Assembly (NCBI GenBank): GCA_041662525.1
Contig: JBAZSF010000001.1
Span: forward strand, 41,383 to 105,382
Source of the DNA: Minisyncoccota bacterium
GTDB taxonomy: Bacteria; Patescibacteriota; Minisyncoccia; Phycocordibacterales; UBA9973
Length of the DNA: 64,000 bases
Reading direction: 5' to 3'
Shown here one piece after another: positions 18,750 through 29,969 of the stretch. The translations under genes and the position numbers were made by a program. The notes under the pieces were generated by a model. The model searched no databases, was not told the origin of the DNA, and saw only the letters and a program-made list of their open reading frames with translations. How positions within the stretch are numbered: position 1 is the first letter of the stretch; every line of letters starts with the position of its first letter.

Positions 18750-18794
18750 GTCGCGCTTTGATGGACGATTGCGCGACATGATTTCGTAAAATCA
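18750..18794 (+). repeat. Two-hairpin repeat copy A, upstream of purQ
   Basis: GTCGCGC..GGACGATT-GCGCGAC-A-TGATTT-CGTA-AAATCA; homologous to 33583-33626. Confidence 0.75.
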
Positions 18795-18795
18795 A

Positions 18796-19551
18796 ATGAA
18801 AAAAATAAAACCAAAAATAATAATAATGTCGGGATATGGACTTAATTGTGAAGAAGAAACAAAGTTTGCTTTTGAAAAAGTCGGAGGGCTTGCAGACATT
18901 GTACACATTAATGACTTAATTACTAAACCTAAAATACTTTCGGAATATAAAATATTAGTTTTCCCAGGGGGATTTTCTTTTGGAGATGATACTGGTAGTG
19001 GAAAAGCGTATGCAAATAAATTTAAAAATCATTTAGCGAAAGAATTAACTGAATTTCTATCACGTGATACTCTTACTATTGGAATCTGTAATGGATTTCA
19101 AATAATAACTAATCTAGGAATTTTACCCGGAGGGCTTACTTATAATAAAAATGGGCAATATATAGATAGATGGGTTGACTTAGAAGCAAAAGGAAACAGT
19201 CCTTGGCTCCAAGGGGTTAAAAAAATATCACTACCTATAGCGCACGGTGAAGGACACTACGTAATTTCTCAAAAAGAATACCTAAAAATGAAACAAAATA
19301 AGGAAATTGCTTTTATTTATACAAATGGAGAAATATGTAAGTTTCAAAACCTCGAGAAAAATCCAAACGGATCAGAACATGACATTGCGGGAGTTTTAGC
19401 ATATAATGGCAGAGTGCTCGGCATGATGCCACATCCAGAAAGAGCCATGTTTTCACATCAAAGTCCTACGTGGCAACTAAATAAAAAGGTTTCAAAAGAT
19501 GGAGTAGGATTACAGATTTTTAAAAACGGTATTAATTATTTTAAAAAATAA
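18796..19551 (+). CDS. purQ: FGAM synthase glutaminase subunit
   Basis: PGGFSFGD, GICNGFQ, PIAHGEG, GMMPHPER. Confidence 0.96.
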   Translation: MKKIKPKIIIMSGYGLNCEEETKFAFEKVGGLADIVHINDLITKPKILSEYKILVFPGGFSFGDDTGSGKAYANKFKNHLAKELTEFLSRDTLTIGICNGFQIITNLGILPGGLTYNKNGQYIDRWVDLEAKGNSPWLQGVKKISLPIAHGEGHYVISQKEYLKMKQNKEIAFIYTNGEICKFQNLEKNPNGSEHDIAGVLAYNGRVLGMMPHPERAMFSHQSPTWQLNKKVSKDGVGLQIFKNGINYFKK

Positions 19552-19553
19552 AA

Positions 19554-20951
19554 ATGAGTGAGCTAAAAGAAAAATGTGGGATCGTAGGAATATACGGCAA
19601 GAATTTGCCTATTTCCAGATTGGCATTTTTTGCTTTATTTGCACTACAACATAGGGGGCAAGAAGCATCAGGAATTACTACAAATGATGGTAAAAAATTT
19701 CGTACCCACAAAGGCGCAGGACTCGTATCTCAGGTGTACACAGAAAAAACAATAAAAAAATTGACGGGACATATCGCTATTGGGCACAACAGATATTCTA
19801 CTTCAAAAGGCGGAGCCTTAAATCACGCTCAACCAGTTGTAAATAACGATAAATCTTTTGCCCTAGCGCACAATGGTAATTTACCAAGCACAAAAGCATT
19901 AGAAAATTTTCTTTCTTCAAAAAAAGTATTGAAAAAAGACCGTAATGATTCGGAACTCATGGCTGATGCGATTGATTTTTATATCAAAGAAGGTAATTCA
20001 ATTTCAAAATCTGTAGAAAAATCTTTTCCTTTATTTACTGGGGCTTTTTCATTAGTAATGATGACTAAGGATACCTTGGTCGCTGTGCGTGATGCTTATG
20101 GAATGCGCCCACTTGCCATAGGCAAGCTGGAAAAAGGTTATGTTGTTGCTTCAGAAACATGCGCTCTACAAACTGTCGGTGCAATATTTTTGAGAGAAGT
20201 AAAACCCGGAGAAATGATTGTTATAAATAAGAATGGTCTAAAAAGTATCCAATTAGCACCACCCAATCCGAAGCACGACATATTTGAATATGTTTATTTC
20301 GCTAGACCGGACAGTGTACTAAATGGTAAATTGATTTATGAAGTAAGGAGAAATTTTGGGAAAGTTCTCGCTCAAGAATTTAAGAAGAAAGTTGATATTA
20401 TCGTACCTGTCCCTGATACAGCTATGCCGGTAGCTATAGGATATAGTCAGACTTCAGGTATTCCAATGGAAATGGCTTTAGTGAAAAATCGCTATGTCCA
20501 TAGAACTTTTATCGAACCTGATCAAAAATCCAGGCGGAATAGTGTGGCGCTCAAACTCATACCTCTACCTCAAATTTTGAAAGGTAAAAAAATAATAGTA
20601 ATAGATGATTCTATTGTAAGGGGACACACTTGCAGAAAATTAGTTAAAACACTTTTTAAATCAGGCGCCAAAGAAGTGCATCTTTTGATTTCTTCTCCAC
20701 CAGTCCGCTTTCCAGATTTTTACGGTATGGATACTCCAAATCAAGATGAATTAATTGCGTCTTATAAAACTATAGAAGAAGTTCGTAAATTCATGGGTGC
20801 TACATCACTGCACTATCTTTCACTCGATGGATTGATAAAGGCCATTGGTCTACCAAAAGATAAATTATCTACTTCCTGCTTTACAGGTATTTATCCTATA
20901 GATTTAAAAGAACGCAGAGAGGAAGTGGATTATAATATTTCAAAGGAATAA
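19554..20951 (+). CDS. purF: Amidophosphoribosyltransferase
   Basis: EKCGIVG, LQHRGQE, GHNRYST, FEYVYFARPDS, IDDSIVRG. Confidence 0.97.
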   Translation: MSELKEKCGIVGIYGKNLPISRLAFFALFALQHRGQEASGITTNDGKKFRTHKGAGLVSQVYTEKTIKKLTGHIAIGHNRYSTSKGGALNHAQPVVNNDKSFALAHNGNLPSTKALENFLSSKKVLKKDRNDSELMADAIDFYIKEGNSISKSVEKSFPLFTGAFSLVMMTKDTLVAVRDAYGMRPLAIGKLEKGYVVASETCALQTVGAIFLREVKPGEMIVINKNGLKSIQLAPPNPKHDIFEYVYFARPDSVLNGKLIYEVRRNFGKVLAQEFKKKVDIIVPVPDTAMPVAIGYSQTSGIPMEMALVKNRYVHRTFIEPDQKSRRNSVALKLIPLPQILKGKKIIVIDDSIVRGHTCRKLVKTLFKSGAKEVHLLISSPPVRFPDFYGMDTPNQDELIASYKTIEEVRKFMGATSLHYLSLDGLIKAIGLPKDKLSTSCFTGIYPIDLKERREEVDYNISKE

Positions 20952-20964
20952 AAATAGTATCAGC

Positions 20965-21585
20965 ATGAAAAAAAAATTAGCAATATTAATTTCGAATGCT
21001 GGTACCGGCACTAACCTAAAAGCCATTATCGATGGAATTAATTCTGGGGTAATTAATGCCGAAATTTGCGCAGTTATTTCAGATACTGTAAATGCAAAAG
21101 GTCTAGAACACGCTAGAGCAAATAATTTAAAAGTCGAAATTTGTGAAAATAAAGAAAACCTATTGCCACTTTTGCAAAAATTAAATCCCAGTGAAGACTT
21201 AATGTATATTTGTTTAGCAGGTTGGAAACAAATTATCACAGATGAGGTGATTCTTGCTTTTCCAAATAAGATTTTAAACCTACACCCTGGATTAATCCCT
21301 GATACAACTAATGAAAATGTTAAAAATCCAGACGGAACGGAAGCCCTGTGGAATAAAGGCATGATGACCAATAAAGCAATTAAAAATTTCTTTGATCTAA
21401 AAGCTACTTTTGCTGGTTCAAGTATTCATTTTTTAACCTTAAATTTTGATTTTGGGCTAGTTTTAGGAAGAACTTTTGAGAAAATTGAAGAGGATGACGA
21501 TGTTGAGTCATTGTATTCAAGATTAAAGGCAAAAGAGAATCATTTGTATATAGAAGTTTTAGAAAAATTGTGTCAAAATGAATAA
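20965..21585 (+). CDS. purN: Phosphoribosylglycinamide formyltransferase
   Basis: GTNLKAII, LAGW, ILNLHPGL; pur operon context. Confidence 0.9.
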   Translation: MKKKLAILISNAGTGTNLKAIIDGINSGVINAEICAVISDTVNAKGLEHARANNLKVEICENKENLLPLLQKLNPSEDLMYICLAGWKQIITDEVILAFPNKILNLHPGLIPDTTNENVKNPDGTEALWNKGMMTNKAIKNFFDLKATFAGSSIHFLTLNFDFGLVLGRTFEKIEEDDDVESLYSRLKAKENHLYIEVLEKLCQNE

Positions 21586-22870
21586 CATGCAAAAAATATT
21601 AATAATTGGGGCTGGAGGAAGAGAGCATGCAATCGGATGGAAAGTAGCACAATCGCGGAACGCTGGGCAGATTTTTTTTGCTCCTGGAAATGGTGGCACA
21701 AGTAATATTGGAATTAATGTAGACCTAAAGGCAACTGATATTTCAGGGCTGTTAGAATTTGCCAAAAAAGAAAAAATTGATTTAACCTTGGCTTTACCCG
21801 ATGATCCGCTTGCTCTTGGTATCGTGGATGAATTTAAAAAAAATAATTTGCGTATTTTCGGTCCGACAAAACAAGCTAGTAAAATCGAATGGTCAAAAGC
21901 TTTTTCAAAAGATTTTATGCATCGACATAATTTGCCGACAGCGAAATTTGAAATATTTGATAATTTTGAAAAAGCAAAAGAATATGTTTCAAAACAATCT
22001 TTACCTATAGTTATCAAAGCAAGCGGTTTAGCTTTAGGTAAAGGTGTAATAATTTGCCAAAACTTAGAGGAAGCAAATGAGGCCCTAGAAAATATGTTTA
22101 TAAAAAAAGTTTTTGGGGATGCTGGTAATGAGGTGGTGGTAGAAGAGTTCCTCATTGGTCCAGAAATTTCTATTCATGCATTTTCAGATGAGAAAAATTA
22201 TAAAATGTTTCCGACTTCTCAGGATCATAAAAAGATAGGGGAAAATGATACTGGACTGAATACTGGCGGAATGGGTACGATAGCCCCACTTCCTTTTGTA
22301 ACAAATGAACTTTTAGAAAAGATTGAAAAAGATATTGTTGTTCCGACCGTGCATTCAATGGAGAAAGACGGAAATCCTTTTTTAGGTGTGATATACCCAG
22401 GACTAATACTCACAAAAGATGGTCCTAAGATTCTTGAATATAATGCGCGTTTTGGTGATCCAGAAACTCAAACTTATATGAGACTTTTAGATACAGATAT
22501 TTTGGATATTTTCAATTCATGTATTGATGGAAAACTTGATCAAATAGAAATAAATTGGAGCAAAAAATCTGCTTGCACCATAGTATTAGCTTCTGGAGGG
22601 TATCCAGAAAATTACGATAAAGGGAAGATAATTTCAGGAATTTCTGAAGCAGAAATGCAACCTGATATCGTTGTTTTTCATGCTGGTACAAAAATAAAAA
22701 ATGACGAACTTGTCACTAGTGGCGGGCGAGTACTAGGAATTACCGCCACAGGAGATACCCTAGAAGAAGCCCTTGCAAAAGCTTATAAAGCCATAGAAAA
22801 AATTTCATTTGAAGGAATGCAATATAGAAAAGACATCGGCCAGGGTGCATTAAAAATAAAAAATATTTAA
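21578..22870 (+). CDS. purD: Phosphoribosylamine-glycine ligase
   Basis: GAGGREHA, KASGLALGKGV, NTGGMG, EYNARFGDPETQ, TSGGRVL. Confidence 0.97.
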   Translation: MNNMQKILIIGAGGREHAIGWKVAQSRNAGQIFFAPGNGGTSNIGINVDLKATDISGLLEFAKKEKIDLTLALPDDPLALGIVDEFKKNNLRIFGPTKQASKIEWSKAFSKDFMHRHNLPTAKFEIFDNFEKAKEYVSKQSLPIVIKASGLALGKGVIICQNLEEANEALENMFIKKVFGDAGNEVVVEEFLIGPEISIHAFSDEKNYKMFPTSQDHKKIGENDTGLNTGGMGTIAPLPFVTNELLEKIEKDIVVPTVHSMEKDGNPFLGVIYPGLILTKDGPKILEYNARFGDPETQTYMRLLDTDILDIFNSCIDGKLDQIEINWSKKSACTIVLASGGYPENYDKGKIISGISEAEMQPDIVVFHAGTKIKNDELVTSGGRVLGITATGDTLEEALAKAYKAIEKISFEGMQYRKDIGQGALKIKNI

Positions 22871-24204
22871 TTATCCCAATTGAAGAATTGCTCTCTGTCT
22901 GGGCCGGTGCCGACGGAGATAATTTTTACATTCAGATCAGAGAGTTTATTTTTAATGTATTTTAAATAAGAAACAAGCTCTTTGGAAACTTTCTTTTTGT
23001 TATTTACTCCAGAATTTTTTTCTCCCCAACCATGAATATTTTCGGTCATCACATCTGTAACTTCATTTAAGTAAAGTGGAAATTCTTTTAGAATTTTTGT
23101 TTTGTTTTTCTCTTTAACTTTATACCCAGTCACTACTTTTATTTTATCACTCAAGCAAATATCAGCTTTATTAATGAAAATTCTATTGGCCCCCGATAGG
23201 GTAATAGCGTAACGCAAAGCAAATAAATCAAGCCAACCGCACATTCGTGGTCGTCCAGTCGTCGCTCCAAATTCTTGTCCTGCGTCTTGGAAAAGTTTTT
23301 CCAGAGCCGGATCTTTTATTCTAGCAGGAAAGCTTCCACCGCCTACTTTTGTCGTATAAGCTTTTATTACGCCATATATATTCCGTAAATAAGTATGAGG
23401 TACACCCAAGCCCAAGCAAACATTGGCTGGTAGGGTATTACTACTGGTGACATTAGGATAATCACCAAAATCAATATCCAGCATCACCGCCTGCGCACCT
23501 TCCGCTAAAATGTTTTTTCCTTCTTTTAATCTTTTTTGTATCAAAGATGCTAAGTCACAAATCTTCAATTTTTTAATTTCTTTTACTGCATTCAACCATT
23601 TTTCTTTAGCTTCTTTTATTTTTTTTATATCAATTTCAAAACCATATTTTTCTTTATACATATTTAAAAGATTCATATGAAATTCTGACAAAATAAACTC
23701 TTTCTTTTCAAAATCTGACAACAATATATCACCGATTAAAAACCCTCTCCTGTTTCGCACATCACCATAAGCAGGACCTATACCCCTAGATGTCGTACCT
23801 ACCTTGGTCCCCAGCTTGCCTCGGCGATGTTCTTCTGCTTGATCTAAAAAAGGATGTAAGTATGAAACTAACTTTGCCCGATTGGAAATAAAAAGACGGG
23901 GGGAGACATTGAACCCTAAATTTTTTAATTGCGATATTTCTGAAACTAAAGACAGGGCATCAACTACGACACCATTGCCAATATATAATTCTATATTTTT
24001 ATGAAGACAACCAGAAGGGATAATATGTCCGATAAAAGTGGTATTGCCTAATTTTAAAGTATGTCCTGCATTGGCTCCTCCTTGAAAACGTGCAACTCCA
24101 GAATAAATACCGTGGGATAAAAGTTGATCTATGTTTTTACCTTTTCCTTCATCTCCCCACTGAAGACCCACGACAACATCAATAAAACCATTTTTTTTAT
24201 TCAT
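22867..24204 (-). CDS. purA: Adenylosuccinate synthetase
   Basis: QWGDEGKGK, GGANAGHT, GIGPAY, EGAQ, EFGATTGRPR.CGWLD. Confidence 0.96.
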   Translation of the reverse strand: MNKKNGFIDVVVGLQWGDEGKGKNIDQLLSHGIYSGVARFQGGANAGHTLKLGNTTFIGHIIPSGCLHKNIELYIGNGVVVDALSLVSEISQLKNLGFNVSPRLFISNRAKLVSYLHPFLDQAEEHRRGKLGTKVGTTSRGIGPAYGDVRNRRGFLIGDILLSDFEKKEFILSEFHMNLLNMYKEKYGFEIDIKKIKEAKEKWLNAVKEIKKLKICDLASLIQKRLKEGKNILAEGAQAVMLDIDFGDYPNVTSSNTLPANVCLGLGVPHTYLRNIYGVIKAYTTKVGGGSFPARIKDPALEKLFQDAGQEFGATTGRPRMCGWLDLFALRYAITLSGANRIFINKADICLSDKIKVVTGYKVKEKNKTKILKEFPLYLNEVTDVMTENIHGWGEKNSGVNNKKKVSKELVSYLKYIKNKLSDLNVKIISVGTGPDREQFFNWDN

Positions 24205-24215
24205 AAAAAAATAAA

Positions 24216-25730
24216 TTACTGTCCAATACTATAGTTAGGGGACTCTTTAGTAATTGCAACATCATGAGGATGGCTTTCTTTTATGCCGGAATTAGTAATT
24301 TTAACAAATCTTGCATTATCTTGAAGAGTTTTTATGTTGGGTGTTCCACAATACCCCATACCAGCTCGAAGACCTCCGACGAGCTGATAAATCACTTCTG
24401 ATAAAACACCCTTAAAAGAAACTCTACCGACTATCCCTTCCGGTACAAGTTTTTTAATATCTTCTTCCATGTCTTGAAAATATCTGTCTTTAGAGCCGAG
24501 CTGCATAGCTTCAATAGAACCCATACCACGATAAGTTTTATATTTTCTAGATTCAAAAATAATTATTTCACCAGGAGATTCTTCAACTCCAGCAAAGAGG
24601 GAACCAGCCATTACAGAACTAGCTCCGGCGGCTATAGCTTTAGTAATATCTCCCGTATATCTAATACCTCCATCAGCAATAATAGGTACGCCAGAACCTT
24701 TTATGGCTTCCGCCACCTCATACACTGCAGAAAATTGAGGATAACCTACGCCAGTGATTATTCGAGTAGTACAAATCGATCCTGGCCCAATACCGACTTT
24801 TACGGCATCTGCTCCAGCTTTCACTAAAGCCAAAGCTGCATCTGCTGTAGCAATATTTCCCGCGATTACTTCTAATTGAGGAAATACTTTTTTTATTTTT
24901 TTTAACATTTCGATCACCCCTTTTGAATGACCATGAGCAGTATCAATAGCCACCACATCTACTCCATTTTGCACTAATGCTTGGACTCTTTCCAAGGTGT
25001 CATTTGATATCCCAACTGCCGCACCCACACGCAGACGACCTAAATTATCTCTAGAAGATTTCGGACGAGATTTTACTTTCATAATATCTTTGTAGGTAAT
25101 GAGACCGATAAGTTTATTTTTACTATCAACTAGTGGTAATTTTTCAACTTTGTATTCTGTTAATATCTTTTCAGCTTCTTTTAGATCGGTACGAATATTT
25201 CCAGTTATTAAATTTTCTTTAGTCATTATTTCACCTACCGAAAGTTCTAAATTTTTCTGAAATCGAAGATCCCGATTAGTTAAAATTCCTTTTAATTCCA
25301 TATTTTCATCAACAATTGGAATTCCACCGATCTTATTTTCTTCCATAATAGAAAGAGCTTCGCTCAATAAAGATTCTTCTGTTAGGGTTATGGGGTCATG
25401 GATCATTCCACTTTCGGAACGCTTAACCTTACGCACCTCGGCTGCCTGTTTTTCAATATTCATATTCTTATGAATAATTCCTATGCCTCCTTCTTGGGCC
25501 ATCGCTATAGCCATCGCACTTTCAGTGACCATATCCATGGCGGCAGAGACAAGAGGAACACTAAGTGTTATTTTTTTAGTCAGCTTTGAAGAAATATCAA
25601 CGTCACGAGGTAAAGTTTCGGAGTATTGTGGCACAAGCAAGACATCATCATAAGCCAAACCTTCTTTGAAGTTTTCGTTAAATTTTTTATTTCTATTTAT
25701 TACTTTATTTATTTTTACTTTCAAAGCCAT
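24216..25730 (-). CDS. guaB: IMP dehydrogenase
   Basis: DDVLLVP, SAAMD, CBS pair, [24 protein letters not shown]. Confidence 0.97.
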   Translation of the reverse strand: MALKVKINKVINRNKKFNENFKEGLAYDDVLLVPQYSETLPRDVDISSKLTKKITLSVPLVSAAMDMVTESAMAIAMAQEGGIGIIHKNMNIEKQAAEVRKVKRSESGMIHDPITLTEESLLSEALSIMEENKIGGIPIVDENMELKGILTNRDLRFQKNLELSVGEIMTKENLITGNIRTDLKEAEKILTEYKVEKLPLVDSKNKLIGLITYKDIMKVKSRPKSSRDNLGRLRVGAAVGISNDTLERVQALVQNGVDVVAIDTAHGHSKGVIEMLKKIKKVFPQLEVIAGNIATADAALALVKAGADAVKVGIGPGSICTTRIITGVGYPQFSAVYEVAEAIKGSGVPIIADGGIRYTGDITKAIAAGASSVMAGSLFAGVEESPGEIIIFESRKYKTYRGMGSIEAMQLGSKDRYFQDMEEDIKKLVPEGIVGRVSFKGVLSEVIYQLVGGLRAGMGYCGTPNIKTLQDNARFVKITNSGIKESHPHDVAITKESPNYSIGQ

Positions 25731-25755
25731 AATATATCGTGTATACTACCATATT

Positions 25756-27321
25756 ATGAATGATATACAAATACTTGTTGTGGACTATGGGTCGCAATAT
25801 ACACTAGTTATCGGCAGAACTCTACGCGAGCTTGGTGTGCGAAGCATAATATTACCTCCAAATAAAGCAGACCAGTGGCTAAAAAATAATACTCCAAAGG
25901 CAGTTATCCTCTCTGGTAGTAATTGGAGCGTACACAACGAAGGAGCACCAAGTATTCCTCAGGCACTCGATACTACTGGTAGAAAATATTTAATTTTAGG
26001 AATTTGTTATGGTATGCAACTTCTAGCGCACAAGAATGGTGGCAAAGTAGAACGACCACTCGATCATCGTGAATATGGACCAGCCATGGTTACCTTAAAC
26101 ACCTTGCATCCGCTTTTTAAGGGAATTTCTAAAAAAACCCAAGTCTGGGCAAGTCACGGGGATACTGTAACCAAGCTTCCAAAAGATTTTGTTTCCATAG
26201 CTACGTCCGGCGGAAATGCTGCCATGAGCGACAAAACTAATAGTGTTCTAGGAATTCAATTTCATCCAGAAGTTGTGGACACCAATGAAGGTAAAAAAAT
26301 ATTACAGAATTTTTTGAATATGGCTAATTGTAAAAAAGATTGGAATCCCATAAATTTGATTCACGAAATTCAAAAAGAAGTTTTAGAAATTGTAGGAGAA
26401 AAACCCGCCTCGACTCGCGGAGGCTCGTCGACGCGAGGCGGGGATAAAGTTATTTTAGGAGTTTCAGGCGGAGTGGATTCTACTACTTTAGCTGCTGTCT
26501 TGGCTCCAGTCTTAGGGAGTAGGCTCGTTTGTGTGGCTATAGACACTGGAGGATTAAGACAAAATGAATTAGTAGAATTAAAAAATAATAGTAAAAACGC
26601 TGGCATAAAAAATCTTATAATAATTTCTGCTGAAACTGAATTTATAAAAAATATTGAAAAAACTATTGACGGAGAAGAGAAGAGAGCAAAATTTCGTACT
26701 GTTTATAAAAAAATATTTGAAGAACAAATAAAAAAAACGGGTGCAAAGTTTATAGTGCAAGGTACTTTGGCAACAGATATCATTGAAAGCGGTAAAGCAG
26801 GAGAGTCAGCCATGATAAAAACTCACCACAACGTAGGCCTTAACTGGAAAGTAGAGGATTTACATCCTTTTCGCAACTTATTTAAATATGAAGTTCGAGA
26901 ACTTGCTCGTGCACTCAAACTTCCAAAAGCTATCTCTGAGCGGAATCCTTTTCCAGGTCCTGGTTTATTTTTAAGAATTGTTGGTACACCGGTCTCAAAA
27001 GAAAAACTGGACCTCGTACGAGAAGCAGACAAAACCGTAGCGAATATATTAAAAAAATATGATGTTGCTAAAGACATTTCCCAACTCATCGTCGCCCTTC
27101 TCGGTGTCAATTCTGTCGGCGTAAAAGGTGATGAACGGGTTTATGGTCACTCCTTGGCTATCCGTGCCGTACAAACAGTAGATTTTATGACAGCTAAAGG
27201 TTATTATTTTTCGGAAGAAATTATAAATGAAATCACCAACTCTCTCACAAAACACAAAAACATAGTTCGTGTATTTTTTGATATGACTCCAAAACCTCCG
27301 GCCACAACAGAGTTTGAGTAA
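25756..27321 (+). CDS. guaA: GMP synthase (glutamine-hydrolysing)
   Basis: DYGSQY, GICYGMQ, QFHPEV, SGGVDS, IKTHHNVG, PFPGPGL, KPPAT.E.E; start moved to ATG 25756. Confidence 0.97.
   Translation: MNDIQILVVDYGSQYTLVIGRTLRELGVRSIILPPNKADQWLKNNTPKAVILSGSNWSVHNEGAPSIPQALDTTGRKYLILGICYGMQLLAHKNGGKVERPLDHREYGPAMVTLNTLHPLFKGISKKTQVWASHGDTVTKLPKDFVSIATSGGNAAMSDKTNSVLGIQFHPEVVDTNEGKKILQNFLNMANCKKDWNPINLIHEIQKEVLEIVGEKPASTRGGSSTRGGDKVILGVSGGVDSTTLAAVLAPVLGSRLVCVAIDTGGLRQNELVELKNNSKNAGIKNLIIISAETEFIKNIEKTIDGEEKRAKFRTVYKKIFEEQIKKTGAKFIVQGTLATDIIESGKAGESAMIKTHHNVGLNWKVEDLHPFRNLFKYEVRELARALKLPKAISERNPFPGPGLFLRIVGTPVSKEKLDLVREADKTVANILKKYDVAKDISQLIVALLGVNSVGVKGDERVYGHSLAIRAVQTVDFMTAKGYYFSEEIINEITNSLTKHKNIVRVFFDMTPKPPATTEFE
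26404..26442. repeat. 39-nt in-frame palindromic element in guaA
   Basis: CCCGCCTCGACTCGCGGAGGCTCGTCGACGCGAGGCGGG (PASTRGGSSTRGG); removal gives VGEKDKVILG. Confidence 0.85.
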
Positions 27322-27352
27322 TATGCTATAATTTCTTTTCAAATATAAATTC

Positions 27353-28852
27353 ATGAATAAAAAAATAACAAAAAAAATTCAAAGTGCACTTATTTCAGTT
27401 TTTAATAAAGATGGGCTTGAAGAAATCATTAAACTTCTTGCTAAACATAATGTAAAAATTATTTCTACCGGTGGTACTGCAGAATTTATTCGTAAACTTA
27501 ACGTATCAGTGACTGAAGTAGAAGAAATCACAAATTACCCTGCTTTATTTGGAGGTAGAGTAAAAACACTTCAACCGCAAATTTTCGGTGGGATTTTAAA
27601 TCGCCGAGATAATATAAATGATCAGAAAGAAAAAGCAGAACACAAAATAGAAGACATAGATTTAGTAATCGTAGATCTATATCCATTTGAAGAAACCCTT
27701 GCAAGTGGTGCAAGTGAAGAAGAAATTATCGAAAAAATAGATATCGGTGGAATATCTTTAATCCGCGCGGCTGCCAAAAATTTTAATGATGTTGTAGTTA
27801 TTCCTTCAAAGAATCAATATAAGGAGCTTAAGCAGATATTAAAGAATGGTAATGAAACTAGTTTAGAAGAACGCAAAAAATTTGCCGGTGATGCATTTGA
27901 AATTACAAGTATTTACGACAAAGCTATTCGCGGATATTTTCAGGGGACAAAATTGCGTTATGGAGAAAATCCACATCAAAAAGCAGAATTTATAGGGATT
28001 TTAGAGGAAAGCTTCACCCAACTTCATGGCAAAGAACTTTCTTATAATAATCTCATAGATACAGAATCAGCTATCATGGCCGTATATGATTTTAAAGATC
28101 CGGCTTTCGCTATTGTGAAGCATATGAATACTTGCGGTCTGGCTGTTAGAGAAGAAGGCCATTTATTCGAGGCATACGAGGCAGCTTATAATGCAGACCC
28201 GCTCTCAGCTTTTGGTGGGATACTCGCAGCCAATAGAATCATCGAAGAAGATATTGCGAAACTTATAAAAGAACAAAAACTTTTTGTAGAAGTGATCATT
28301 GCGCCAGACTTTTCAAAAGAAGCTCTAAGTATATTAATGGAGAAAAAAGATTGTAGAATTTTAAAATGGAAAAATCCAATACTTTCACAAAAACAAAACC
28401 GCACTTGTTTTACAGGAATTCTTTCACAAGACCGAGACACTCACATAGAAACTGAAACAGATCTTAAAGTAGTCACTAAACGTGAACCAACAGAACAAGA
28501 AAAAAAAGATTTACTCATGGCCGCGGTAGTGACTAAGCATTTAAAATCTAATTCTATAGCTTTAGTTAAAGATGAAACACTTATCTCTATGGGTTGCGGG
28601 CAAACATCTCGTATTGATGCATTGACACAAGCTGTAGACAAAGCCAAAAAATTTAATTTTTCCTTAAAAGGTGCAGTGATGTCCTCAGAAGCATTTTTTC
28701 CTTTTCCTGATTGTATAGAGTTGGCGGGAGAAGAGGGTATAACTGCGGTAATTCATCCTGGAGGTTCAAAAAACGACCAAACTTCGATAGATATGGCTGA
28801 TAAATATAATATAGCAATGGCAACAACTGGTTTTCGGCATTTTAAACATTAA
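27353..28852 (+). CDS. purH: Bifunctional AICAR transformylase/IMP cyclohydrolase
   Basis: ISTGGT, GRVKTL, IDIGG, RAAAKN, LRYGENPHQ, AFFPF.D, RHFKH. Confidence 0.97.
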   Translation: MNKKITKKIQSALISVFNKDGLEEIIKLLAKHNVKIISTGGTAEFIRKLNVSVTEVEEITNYPALFGGRVKTLQPQIFGGILNRRDNINDQKEKAEHKIEDIDLVIVDLYPFEETLASGASEEEIIEKIDIGGISLIRAAAKNFNDVVVIPSKNQYKELKQILKNGNETSLEERKKFAGDAFEITSIYDKAIRGYFQGTKLRYGENPHQKAEFIGILEESFTQLHGKELSYNNLIDTESAIMAVYDFKDPAFAIVKHMNTCGLAVREEGHLFEAYEAAYNADPLSAFGGILAANRIIEEDIAKLIKEQKLFVEVIIAPDFSKEALSILMEKKDCRILKWKNPILSQKQNRTCFTGILSQDRDTHIETETDLKVVTKREPTEQEKKDLLMAAVVTKHLKSNSIALVKDETLISMGCGQTSRIDALTQAVDKAKKFNFSLKGAVMSSEAFFPFPDCIELAGEEGITAVIHPGGSKNDQTSIDMADKYNIAMATTGFRHFKH

Positions 28853-28977
28853 TTATTGTAAGATTGACAGTTTATTCTAGGATATGTATATTGTAAATGA
28901 ATACATTAAGGGTACATTGCTGGGGTTTGCTAAAACAAATCCTTTTGACAAACAATATTTAACCAGGGAGGTTTCAG

Positions 28978-29358
28978 ATGAAAGATCAGATGGAAAATGA
29001 AGGTTATTCTTATTTTAAGCATACCTCAATACGTGAGTTATGCAATTTACTGGCAGTAAACGATGAAATGCCGATTCTCGACAAATCTTTGATGATACTA
29101 TTTTCTTCAGTATCAACGAGTAGCCTAGATTCGGATTTTGGAATACTCCTTAACCTTCACAAAAAATGCAAAAAGCATTTTGAAAAACTTTTAGGAATGA
29201 GAGGATCATTCTTCGAAGGTTTTATTTTGTTTATCAAATCAGAAAAGGAGGGAATGCTCGTCGGCATAGGAACCGATGAGAGGTTCTATGCTATTGCAGC
29301 ATGGGATAGCTATGAGTGTGATCTCTGGGAACCAGAAGAGATCATACACTATAATTAA
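28978..29358 (+). CDS. Hypothetical protein (orphan cassette within the pur cluster)
   Basis: Own promoter TTGACA-17-TATATT (28864-28892), SD GGGAGG and downstream hairpin. Confidence 0.6.
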   Translation: MKDQMENEGYSYFKHTSIRELCNLLAVNDEMPILDKSLMILFSSVSTSSLDSDFGILLNLHKKCKKHFEKLLGMRGSFFEGFILFIKSEKEGMLVGIGTDERFYAIAAWDSYECDLWEPEEIIHYN

Positions 29359-29378
29359 TAACAGGTGAGACTATCGAA

Positions 29379-29413
29379 AGGCCAGCATGCTCCGGGAGGA
29401 AGTGTGCTGGCCT
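29379..29413 (+). terminator. GC-rich hairpin after the orphan gene
   Basis: AGGCCAGCATGCT/AGTGTGCTGGCCT followed by AATTTGTTTT. Confidence 0.6.
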
Positions 29414-29449
29414 AATTTGTTTTATATTAAAAAAATGATAAGATAAAAT

Positions 29450-29968
29450 ATGGAAAAAAAATCTATTGTCGGCATAGTGATGGGGTCAGACTCAGATTTG
29501 GAGGTAATGGCAGAAACAGCGAAAGTTCTCGAAGAATTTAATGTACCCTATGAAATGACTGTGGCTTCTGCACACCGCAGCCCTGAATTAGTGCACAAAT
29601 ACACAACTAGTGCAAAAGCTCGAGGACTCAAAATGATCATAGCTGGAGCAGGAGGGGCAGCACATCTAGCAGGGGTTATTGCATCCCTCACAACCCTGCC
29701 TGTTGTTGGTGTACCTATTAAAACAAAAAATTTAGACGGCCTTGATTCAATTCTTTCTACTATCAATATGCCTCCAGGAATTCCAGTCGCAACCGTAGGG
29801 ATTAATTCTGCCAAAAATGCTGGGTTGTTAGCTGTTACCATCCTTGCCCTAAATGATAAAAATTTAGAAAAGAAATTAGTTACCTATAAAAATAAAATGA
29901 AGATTGAGGTTAAAATAAAAGGAGAAAAACTTTTAAAAATTGGATATAAAAAATATTTAAATAAATAA
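29450..29968 (+). CDS. purE: N5-CAIR mutase
   Basis: MGSDSD, SAHR.P, AGAGGAAHL, PVVGVP, MPPGIPVATV. Confidence 0.97.
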   Translation: MEKKSIVGIVMGSDSDLEVMAETAKVLEEFNVPYEMTVASAHRSPELVHKYTTSAKARGLKMIIAGAGGAAHLAGVIASLTTLPVVGVPIKTKNLDGLDSILSTINMPPGIPVATVGINSAKNAGLLAVTILALNDKNLEKKLVTYKNKMKIEVKIKGEKLLKIGYKKYLNK

Positions 29969-29969
29969 A

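Noticed and set aside
28897-28962. 21-codon uORF before the orphan gene as a fifth attenuator
   Set aside because: No amino-acid run, and only a weak hairpin inside the ORF with no alternative pairing
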